A stretch of DNA of 20,380 bases from Candidatus Asbonarchaeum danakilense (GTDB lineage: Archaea > Nanohalarchaeota > Nanosalinia > Nanosalinales > Nanoanaerosalinaceae). The number at the start of each line of letters is the position of its first letter. The first letter of the stretch is position 1. The translations under genes and the position numbers were made by a program. The stretch covers positions 1-20,380 of the forward strand of contig JAXINV010000051.1 of NCBI GenBank assembly GCA_034190465.1, in the 5' to 3' direction. Below the pieces are notes generated by a model that made no database searches, was not told where the DNA came from, and was given only the letters and a program-made list of their open reading frames with translations. Below, one piece after another: positions 7,243 to 14,902 of the stretch.

Positions 7243-7572
7243 TCAAAGCTCATCCAGCACATCCATCTTGTCGTCCTCCCACTCCTGCATCCGCTGCCTG
7301 ATCCGTTCCTTCATCTTCCCCTTGTCCGGGACCGTGTAGACGTAGTAGCGGCCGCGTTTTCCATCCTCAACCACCGCCTCACGTTCGACCAGACCCGTCG
7401 ACCGGAGCTTGGACAGGTAGCGCTGCACCGTCGACCGGTCCTTACCCAGCTCGTCAGCGATCTCCGAGGCCCGTGCCTCCACATCGCAGAGATAGTACAG
7501 TACCTGGGTCTCCGAGCCGGACAGGTTGTACAGCACCTTCAACAACTGCTTCATCTCAGCAGGGCACTCCAT
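7243..7572 (-). CDS. Winged-HTH transcriptional regulator (COG3355/TrmB-like)
   Basis: LYNLSGSETQVLYYL..ASEIADELGKDRSTVQRYLSKL...GLVERE..GRYYVY. Confidence 0.88.
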   Translation of the reverse strand: MECPAEMKQLLKVLYNLSGSETQVLYYLCDVEARASEIADELGKDRSTVQRYLSKLRSTGLVEREAVVEDGKRGRYYVYTVPDKGKMKERIRQRMQEWEDDKMDVLDEL

Positions 7573-7663
7573 GTACTACCATGCCCTCGACAACGTAAAA
7601 CAGTTGCCGGTCCAGGGCAAGCTTCTTAACCGTCACCCTCCCACCCCGGCAAGGGTCACAACG

Positions 7664-7894
7664 ATGACAGAATACACAGTCGACGATATCCTCGACGAAC
7701 TCGACGACGGCCTCAGGTTCAGAGACCTCGACCGCGAACTCCGCAGGCACGGCATCACCGACACGCCAGCACAGTCAGCCGAATACAAACAGGAACTGCT
7801 CGACCAGGGCGTGCTCGAACCCCAGGACAAAGACCATCCACGCGAAGAAGAACAGTACACCATCGACCAGAGCTACGACGAACTCAACCTGTAG
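7664..7894 (+). CDS. Small acidic hypothetical protein (76 aa)
   Basis: MTEYTVDDILDELDDGLRFRDLDRELRRHG..., genome-typical codon bias from ATG 7664. Ends 2 nt before the next gene. Confidence 0.75.
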   Translation: MTEYTVDDILDELDDGLRFRDLDRELRRHGITDTPAQSAEYKQELLDQGVLEPQDKDHPREEEQYTIDQSYDELNL

Positions 7895-7896
7895 CC

Positions 7897-8697
7897 ATGC
7901 GACTCAGCCCCAAGGACGCCCGGACCATCCTTCTCAAGTGCCCGTCAGACATCGGCATCCGCAACACCGGGCGGAAAGGCACCCTCGACGCCCCCGGACA
8001 GCTGCTCCAGGACCACGGCTACGACAACGTCTACATCGACGAAGTCTTCCCCCACGAATTCAGCCTTCCCGACAACCAGCAGCGGATCCGTGACAGGATC
8101 GACGAATTGCTCCAGCACCAGCCTCCCGTCATCTCACTCGGCGGCGACCACTCCGTCAGCTACCCGCTCATCAGCGCGTTCCGCGACGCCCATCCCGGCC
8201 TCAAGCTCGTCTGGATCGACGCCCACTACGACCTCAAAGAGGTCCGGCTCGACGAAGGTGTGCCGCATGACGCCGTCATCCGGGCCCTGCTCGACGACGG
8301 CCTCGACCTCGAGGACATCCTCTTCGCCGGCGTCCGGGAGAGCGACCCTGACGAAGACGACTTCCTCCTCCAGCGCCAGACCAACGAACTCAGCGTCGAC
8401 GAGATCGAGGGAAACAGCCAGGGAGCGCTGCAGGACCTGGTCGACGAGCGGCTCACCCCCGGCAGCGACCCCGTCTACGTCTCAGTCGACATCGACGTCC
8501 TCGACGCCGACCGCGTCCCCGGCACCACCTTTCCCTCCCAGGACGGTGTCTCGCTGGAAGCAGCAGAGAAGCTCGTCAGGAGCTTCAAGGACTACAACAT
8601 CGTCGGGTGGGACCTCGTCGAGATCGCTCCCTCGCTCGACCAGGGTGGAAAGACACTCGAAGCAGGGAGGACCCTCCTCGACACCATGCTGGACTAG
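7897..8697 (+). CDS. Ureohydrolase (arginase/agmatinase/formimidoylglutamase family)
   Basis: Mn-binding motifs GGDHS, DAHYD and SVDIDVLD, plus PGT and DLVEIAP. Confidence 0.92.
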   Translation: MRLSPKDARTILLKCPSDIGIRNTGRKGTLDAPGQLLQDHGYDNVYIDEVFPHEFSLPDNQQRIRDRIDELLQHQPPVISLGGDHSVSYPLISAFRDAHPGLKLVWIDAHYDLKEVRLDEGVPHDAVIRALLDDGLDLEDILFAGVRESDPDEDDFLLQRQTNELSVDEIEGNSQGALQDLVDERLTPGSDPVYVSVDIDVLDADRVPGTTFPSQDGVSLEAAEKLVRSFKDYNIVGWDLVEIAPSLDQGGKTLEAGRTLLDTMLD

Positions 8698-9248
8698 CCC
8701 AGCCGGTCGTTCAGCAGCTCGAACGCCTCAACCGAATCGCTCGCGTCCACGACCAGGTGCGTGTCCTCGCGGCACGACACCAGCTCCGTCACATTGATCC
8801 CGTGACCCTCCAGCGTCGAAAGCACGTACGACACCACCCCCGGCGTCTCCTCCAGCTCTTCCGGGCTCCGGAGCGTTATCAGCACCTGCTTCTCGATCAG
8901 CTCCCCGTCACAGTCCTGCTCGTCCTGCACACAGGTGTAGCCGTGCTCGGTCTTCGCCACGACCTCACCGTCGCACGGCCCGTCAGACTTGCAGACCGAC
9001 ACCCCGCCCTGCAGCGTCACACTCGTCGCCGCCAGCACATCATCGATCGCCGCCACGTCCTCCTCGCGCTTCCGGGAGAGATCCTTCGCTGTGCGGCGGA
9101 GCGCCACCTTCACCGCCTCGAAGCTGCCATCGACATCCTCCTGCACCTTCCGGGCCAGCGCTGCATAGTTCACGATCTCCTGGACCAGCGCCTCCTGGAC
9201 GTACGGCCGGCGCCGCACCCACCGCTCAACCTGTTCCGCCACCGACAT
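8694..9248 (-). CDS. ACT-domain-containing protein, putative amino-acid-responsive regulator
   Basis: N-terminal helical 'IVNYAALAR...AVKVALRR' region and C-terminal ACT-like 'TPGVVSYVLSTLEGHGINVTELVSC.EDTHLVV'. Confidence 0.78.
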   Translation of the reverse strand: MSVAEQVERWVRRRPYVQEALVQEIVNYAALARKVQEDVDGSFEAVKVALRRTAKDLSRKREEDVAAIDDVLAATSVTLQGGVSVCKSDGPCDGEVVAKTEHGYTCVQDEQDCDGELIEKQVLITLRSPEELEETPGVVSYVLSTLEGHGINVTELVSCREDTHLVVDASDSVEAFELLNDRLG

Positions 9249-9361
9249 AGATGTACGTTATCGTGCATCAGATAAAAATATGTGCCATCAATGTCACAGC
9301 ACATAAATGCGTGTCGTGACAATGTAGTGGCACAGGTGACCAGCAATGGAACTCGCACAGG

Positions 9362-10594
9362 GTGACCACGAAAGACACGATCGGAACGTATGAAGCAGAC
9401 CAAACCATCGACACAGTCGTCCTGCTCTATTCTGGCGGGCTCGACACCTCCTGCATGGTAAAGTACATCCAGGACGCCTACGACGCCGACGTCATCACAC
9501 TGACACTCGACCTCGGCCAGCCAGGCGTCGACCTGGAACAGGCCAAGCAGAAAGCACTCGACCTCGGCGCGAAAGACGCCGTCGTGGTCGACGCAAAAGA
9601 CGAGTTCGCCGAGGACTACCTCGCCAAGGCCATCAAGGCCAACGCCCAGTACCAGGGCTACCCGCTCAGCACCGCCATCGCACGGTACCTCACCGTCGAG
9701 AAGGCGGTCAAGGTCGCGGAAGAACACGGCGCGGACGCGATCGCGCACGGCAGCACCGGGAAGGGCAACGACCAGGTCCGGTTCGACGCCGCCATCCAGA
9801 ACCTCAGCGACCTCGACGTCCTCGCACCCGTCCGTGAATGGAGCATGACGCGTGACAAGGAGCTCGAATACGCCAAAGAGCACGGCATCCCCGTCGAGGC
9901 CGAGGAAGGCTCCCCGTACTCCACCGACGAGAACCTGTGGGGCAAGTCCTCCGAATGCGGGCCGCTCGAAGATCCCGCGACAGCACCGCCGCAGGACGTG
10001 TTCCAGTTCGTCACACCGCCCGAACACGCGCCGGACCAGCCGGAGACCGTCTCGATCGGCTTCCAGGACGGCATCCCCGTCAGCCTCGACGGCGAGAAAC
10101 TCTCCCTGGCCGACCTCATCCAGCAGCTCAACGACCTGGCCGGGAAGCACGGCGTCGGGATCATCGACGTGACCGAGGACCGCGTGGTGGGCCTCAAGTC
10201 GCGCGAAGTCTACGAATGTCCCGCCGCCGTCACCCTGCTCCAGGCACACGAGGCACTCCAGCACTACTGCTCCACCAAGCACGAGAACCAGCTCAAGGAC
10301 TTCCTCGAGCAGCAGTGGGCAGAGCTGGCGTACAGCGGACTGTGGCACGACCCTGCCATGACTCACCTCGACGCCTTCATCGACTCCATCAACCAGGGCG
10401 TCACCGGCACCGTCCACGTCAAGCTGTACAAAGGCCAGGCACAGGTCGTCGGCCGTGCATCGGACAACGCACTATACGACCACAACCTCGCCACCTACGA
10501 GGAAGGCGAGACCTTCAACCAGGACGCCTCACCCGGCTTCATCGAACTGTGGAACCTCCAGACCAAGCTGGCCAACCAGGTGGACCAGCAGTGA
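9362..10594 (+). CDS. argG: Argininosuccinate synthase
   Basis: PP-loop YSGGLDTS, YPLSTAIAR, HGSTGKGNDQVRF, YSTDENLWG, GLKSREVYECP. GTG start. Confidence 0.97.
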   Translation: MTTKDTIGTYEADQTIDTVVLLYSGGLDTSCMVKYIQDAYDADVITLTLDLGQPGVDLEQAKQKALDLGAKDAVVVDAKDEFAEDYLAKAIKANAQYQGYPLSTAIARYLTVEKAVKVAEEHGADAIAHGSTGKGNDQVRFDAAIQNLSDLDVLAPVREWSMTRDKELEYAKEHGIPVEAEEGSPYSTDENLWGKSSECGPLEDPATAPPQDVFQFVTPPEHAPDQPETVSIGFQDGIPVSLDGEKLSLADLIQQLNDLAGKHGVGIIDVTEDRVVGLKSREVYECPAAVTLLQAHEALQHYCSTKHENQLKDFLEQQWAELAYSGLWHDPAMTHLDAFIDSINQGVTGTVHVKLYKGQAQVVGRASDNALYDHNLATYEEGETFNQDASPGFIELWNLQTKLANQVDQQ

Positions 10595-11865
10595 CCCTCT
10601 GGCAGCACGACACCAGCCCCGACAGCTTCACCGCCGGGCAGGACGCGGCACTGGACCAGCAGCTGCTGGAGCCAGACATCCTCGTCAACCTGGCGCACAG
10701 CCAGATGCTGCACGAACAGGGCTACCTGGAGCAGCAAGAGCTTGCAGCGCTGCACGAAGCGCTGCTCCAGCTGCTGGACGACCCACCGGACGTCAGCCAG
10801 TACGAGGACGTCCACACCTGCTGCGAGGAGCAGGTCACCGCGGCGACCGACGCCGGGAAGAAACTGCACACCGGCCGCTCCCGCAACGACCAGGTCGCCG
10901 CCGACACCCTGCTCTGGATCCGCCAGCAGACCATCCAGACCGCCGACAAGGTCCTCGACCTGATCGAGGCGCTCGAAGAGCTGGGCGACGGGACCGTCGT
11001 GCCCGGCCAGACCCACACACGCCAGGCGATGCCGACAACCGCCGAGAACTGGGCGGGCAGCCACGCCGCAGCGCTGCTCGACGCGCTGGACCAGCTGGAA
11101 CAGGTCCACGAGCAGTGCCTGGCCTGTCCGCTCGGCGCGGCCGCCGGGTTCGGCACCCACCTCAACCTCGACCGCCAGCGCGTCGCCGACCTGCTCGGGT
11201 TCGAGGAACCCGCCAGCAACACCATCCACGCCGTCCAGCTCCGCGGCCAGGCCTCCCTCGGCATGCTGCAGGCCGTCCAGTCCCTCGGACTGGCCGCGGC
11301 CAACTTCGCCGACGATCTGGTCACACTGACGAAGCCGGGGTCGTGGCTGGAGTTGGACGACGACATGACGACCGGCAGCAGCATCATGCCGCAAAAGCAA
11401 AACCCCGACGGCCTGGAGCTGGTCCGCGCCCGCGGGAAACAGCTGCTCCAGCAGCCGGGAACGGTCGCCTCCGTCCTGACAGGCGGCCCGACCGGGTACA
11501 GCCGCGACACCCAGCAGACCAAGCCCGTCCTCATGCAGTCGGTCGGCACGCTGCAGGACTGCCTGGAGGCGCTGACGGAGCACGTCCAGCACACTGCGGT
11601 CGACGGAGAAGCGGCCGACGAGCTGCTGCACGACGACATCACCGCGGCGCAGGAGGCGAACCAGCTGGTCGAGGACGGCGTCCCGTTCCGCGAGGCGTAC
11701 CATCAGGTCAAACAGCAGGGAGGAACTGCCAGCGAGCCGGTGCCAGCCGCCTCCTCATTCCCCGACGCCAGCAGCCACGCCGAAACATGGCAGCAGCTGC
11801 AGGAACAGGAGAACGCCTGGAAGCAGGAGCTGCTGGACCTCGCCGCGGCAGCGTCCGACGGGTAA
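10591..11865 (+). CDS. argH: Argininosuccinate lyase
   Basis: EDVH, LHTGRSRNDQV, PGQTHTRQAMP, PLGAAAGFG, fumarate-lyase signature GSSIMPQKQNPD. GTGA overlap with the argG stop. Confidence 0.95.
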   Translation: MTLWQHDTSPDSFTAGQDAALDQQLLEPDILVNLAHSQMLHEQGYLEQQELAALHEALLQLLDDPPDVSQYEDVHTCCEEQVTAATDAGKKLHTGRSRNDQVAADTLLWIRQQTIQTADKVLDLIEALEELGDGTVVPGQTHTRQAMPTTAENWAGSHAAALLDALDQLEQVHEQCLACPLGAAAGFGTHLNLDRQRVADLLGFEEPASNTIHAVQLRGQASLGMLQAVQSLGLAAANFADDLVTLTKPGSWLELDDDMTTGSSIMPQKQNPDGLELVRARGKQLLQQPGTVASVLTGGPTGYSRDTQQTKPVLMQSVGTLQDCLEALTEHVQHTAVDGEAADELLHDDITAAQEANQLVEDGVPFREAYHQVKQQGGTASEPVPAASSFPDASSHAETWQQLQEQENAWKQELLDLAAAASDG

Positions 11866-11909
11866 GCTACAAAAACCTGGCCGGGAACCGTTCCACGGAG
11901 CGATACCAG

Positions 11910-13565
11910 ATGGCACGCATCAAGCACCTGCTGGCCGACGAACTCAGCGACGCGCTCGGAACCGATATCGCCCCGCGCGACGTCGAGGAACCCGATCCCG
12001 AACACGGCGACTACGCCTACCCCGTCATGCAGGCAGCGGCGGAGATAGGCGACAACCCGCGCGAGATGGCGGAAGCGGCAGCTGACGAGCTCGAGGAAGG
12101 CGACATCATCGCTGACGTGGACGTCGCCGGCCCCGGCTACCTGAACATGTGGCTGGACCGGGAGGCGTTCGCCCGGGAGATCGTCGATACCCTGGAGCAG
12201 GACAGCTTCGGCGTCGAGCAGCGGGACGGCAGCGTGCTGGTCGAATTCTCCTCCCCGAACGTCGCCAAGCCGATGCACGTCGGCCACTTCCGGAACAACG
12301 CGCTGGGCGATGCACTGCAGCGCATCCTCCGGTTCGTCGGCTACGATGTCACCTCGGAGAACTACCTCGGCGACTGGGGGACGCAGTACGGCAAGCTGAT
12401 CTACGCGTTCAAGGAGTTCGGCAGCGAAGAAGCGTTCGAAGAAGCTCCCATGGAGCACATGTACGAGCTGTACGTCAAATTCCACGACGAGATGGAAGAG
12501 AACAAGGAGCTCGAGGAGAAAGGCCGTGCATGGGCCGCGAAGATCGAGGACGGTGACGAAGAGGCCGTCGAGCTGTGGGAGCGGTTCCGTGACGCCTCTA
12601 TCGAGTACCACAAGAAGGACTACCGCCGCATGGGCATCGACTTCGACCGGTGGACCGGTGAATCAACGGTCGTCGAGCCGGCACGAGAACTGATCGAGCA
12701 GTGGCTGGACGCCGGCAAGCTGGAGCGGGACGACGACGGCTCCGTGTTCATCGAGTTCCAGGACCACGACCTGCCGGGGACCGTCCTGCTGAAGGCTGAC
12801 GGCTCCACACTGTACATCACGCGGGACCTGTACAACCTCAAGAAGCGGAACGAGGAGGGCTTCGACCACAACCTGTACGTCGTCGGATCTGAGCAGGAGC
12901 TGCACTTCCAGCAGGTCTTCGCCACCGCCGATGAGATGGGCCTGGACCCAAGCGGCTCGGAACACATATCGTACGGCCTGCTATCGCTCCCTGAAGGCAG
13001 CATGTCGTCCCGTGCCGGACGGATCGTCCGTCTGGAGGACGCGATGGACGAGGCAACCAAACGCGCAAAGGAGAAAGCGGAGGAGAAGATGGACCGGACC
13101 GTCGAGAACGCCGAGGCGATCGGCATCGGCGCATTGAAGTACGCCAACCTGGCCGTGTCCCGGACCAAGGACATCGAGTTCTCCTGGGACCGTGCGCTGT
13201 CGTTCGAGGGCGATTCCGGGCCGTACCTGCAGTATTCCAACACGCGGGCGAAGAGCATCACCGCGAAGGCAGAGACGGACGGCGAGCTTGTAGGTGAGCC
13301 GACCGACGAGGAAACGGAGCTGCTGCGGAAGCTTGCAGCGTTCCCGGATACCGTCGAAGCGGCTGCCGAGCAGCGGGAACCGGCGAACCTGGCCAACTAT
13401 CTTTCAGCGCTATGTGAGGAGTTCAACAGCTTCTACCATTCGTGTCCCGTCATCCAGGCGGACGAGGAGACGAAGAAGCGGCGGCTGAAGATCGTCGAAA
13501 CGTTCATCGACGTCACCGACCAGGGGATGGAGCTGCTCGGGATCGAGCCTCTGGCCGCGATGTAG
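11910..13565 (+). CDS. argS: Arginine--tRNA ligase
   Basis: HGDYA, AGPGYLN, VEFSSPNVAKPMHVGHFRN (HIGH), YLGDWGTQYG, MSSRAG, EGDSGPYLQY, FNSFYHSCPVI. Start ATG 11910. Confidence 0.97.
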   Translation: MARIKHLLADELSDALGTDIAPRDVEEPDPEHGDYAYPVMQAAAEIGDNPREMAEAAADELEEGDIIADVDVAGPGYLNMWLDREAFAREIVDTLEQDSFGVEQRDGSVLVEFSSPNVAKPMHVGHFRNNALGDALQRILRFVGYDVTSENYLGDWGTQYGKLIYAFKEFGSEEAFEEAPMEHMYELYVKFHDEMEENKELEEKGRAWAAKIEDGDEEAVELWERFRDASIEYHKKDYRRMGIDFDRWTGESTVVEPARELIEQWLDAGKLERDDDGSVFIEFQDHDLPGTVLLKADGSTLYITRDLYNLKKRNEEGFDHNLYVVGSEQELHFQQVFATADEMGLDPSGSEHISYGLLSLPEGSMSSRAGRIVRLEDAMDEATKRAKEKAEEKMDRTVENAEAIGIGALKYANLAVSRTKDIEFSWDRALSFEGDSGPYLQYSNTRAKSITAKAETDGELVGEPTDEETELLRKLAAFPDTVEAAAEQREPANLANYLSALCEEFNSFYHSCPVIQADEETKKRRLKIVETFIDVTDQGMELLGIEPLAAM

Positions 13566-13605
13566 CAGCACATAAAAGCTCCCAGGGACAAGCACAGGGT
13601 GGACG

Positions 13606-14121
13606 ATGAACATCATTCTCACCGGCGCCCCGGGGGTCGGCAAGACCCGGCTCGTCAACGAGGTGGTCGAGGAGCTCGACGTCGACATCGGCGGCCTCGT
13701 CGCCAAACGCGACGAGGACAACGGCGAGATCCAGGAGTTCACACTCAAGGACCTTGAGACCGGTGACGAGGACGTACTCGCCTCACGGGACGGTGACAGT
13801 GGACCCGTGGCGAAAGGCTTCCACATCAATACGGAAACGCTGAACAGAATGTCAAAAGATGCCATCGAGCAGGCCATCCGCCGCGGCGACCTCATCGTCA
13901 TCGATATGATCGGTACCATCGAGATGCATTCATCTCTATTCCGTGAAAGTGTCAGAGACGCGTTTCGAGGAAGCGAGCATGTCCTGGCTGTCGTGCAGCA
14001 AGAGTACGTCGACGAATACAAGGATGAAGGCGAGGTCATCGAACTGACCCACGATAACTACGACGAAGTCAAGGAACAGGTACTGGAAAAACTGGAGTCA
14101 AGGACAGGGCCCACCGGATAA
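13606..14121 (+). CDS. Nucleoside-triphosphatase, THEP1/NTPase_1 (COG1618) family
   Basis: MNIILTGAPGVGKT Walker A, DLIVIDMIG..E Walker B region, 171-aa size and the ELTHDNYD tail typical of the family. Confidence 0.85.
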   Translation: MNIILTGAPGVGKTRLVNEVVEELDVDIGGLVAKRDEDNGEIQEFTLKDLETGDEDVLASRDGDSGPVAKGFHINTETLNRMSKDAIEQAIRRGDLIVIDMIGTIEMHSSLFRESVRDAFRGSEHVLAVVQQEYVDEYKDEGEVIELTHDNYDEVKEQVLEKLESRTGPTG

Positions 14122-14164
14122 AATATAAACCAGCAGTACTCCAAATGGGTTAGTAGGTGATGAA

Positions 14165-14863
14165 ATGGGAACAGATGACGTTCCACGCGTATCTTCAGGC
14201 GTCAAGGGACTAGACAACCTTATCGAAGGAGGCTTCCCGAAAGGGTCAGTGACACTGATCTCCGGTGGCGCTGGCTGTGGTAAGACCATCTTCTGCAACC
14301 AGTACCTCTGGGACGGCCTCCAGGAAGGCGAGAAGGTCCGGTACATCTCCCTTGAAGAGCCGGTGGACGACATCATGGGCGACGCAGAGGTCTTCGGCTG
14401 GGAGTTCCGCGACTACGAAGAGGACGGCCAGTTCAAGATCGACTACATCAAGCCCTCATCCGGTTCCCGCGGATTCATCGACAAGATCAACGAGATGGCG
14501 AGCGAGGAAGGCGTTTCCCGTCTCGTCATCGACTCGATTTCTGTCATGCTGGGCGCCTACGGAGGGACACAGGCGAAGAAGCGTGACAACCTGTACGACC
14601 TGCTCCGTAACATCAAGCGCGCAGGCCCGACCACGCTGCTGACATCCGAGATCCCGGAGAACGACGAGAAGGCACTGTCACGGTTCGGGGTCTCCGAGTT
14701 CGTCGCCGACGGCGTCGTCGTGCTGTACTACACCGGTGTCGGCGAGGGCACGTTCAGGAACCTTGAGGTCAGGAAGATGCGCCGTACCGACCATACACCG
14801 GGCACCCATCCATTCCAGATCACGGACCAGGGCATCAACCTGACAAGCGAGGCCGGCTTCTAG
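14165..14863 (+). CDS. KaiC-like / RAD55-family ATPase, single domain
   Basis: RVSSGVKGLD..GGFP, GGAGCGKT, SLEE, LVIDS, LLTSE, EFVADGVVVL, VRKMRRTDH. SD AGGTGA upstream. Confidence 0.93.
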   Translation: MGTDDVPRVSSGVKGLDNLIEGGFPKGSVTLISGGAGCGKTIFCNQYLWDGLQEGEKVRYISLEEPVDDIMGDAEVFGWEFRDYEEDGQFKIDYIKPSSGSRGFIDKINEMASEEGVSRLVIDSISVMLGAYGGTQAKKRDNLYDLLRNIKRAGPTTLLTSEIPENDEKALSRFGVSEFVADGVVVLYYTGVGEGTFRNLEVRKMRRTDHTPGTHPFQITDQGINLTSEAGF

Positions 14864-14902
14864 ATCCCGGACCCGGCACAGCGGTAGAAGGACGACCTGC
14901 GA

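Noticed and set aside
2081..13396. Long antisense or off-frame ORFs (e.g. 2081..2965, 3122..4324, 4264..5349, 9170..10417, 10495..11703, 11703..12611)
   Set aside because: Shadow ORFs expected from high GC3 bias, overlapping well-supported genes.
9937..13565. 642-aa ArgH and 1036-aa ArgS apparent fusion proteins in the ORF track
   Set aside because: The N-terminal extensions are R/P/G-rich off-frame reads of argG and argH. Homology begins at 10591 and 11910.
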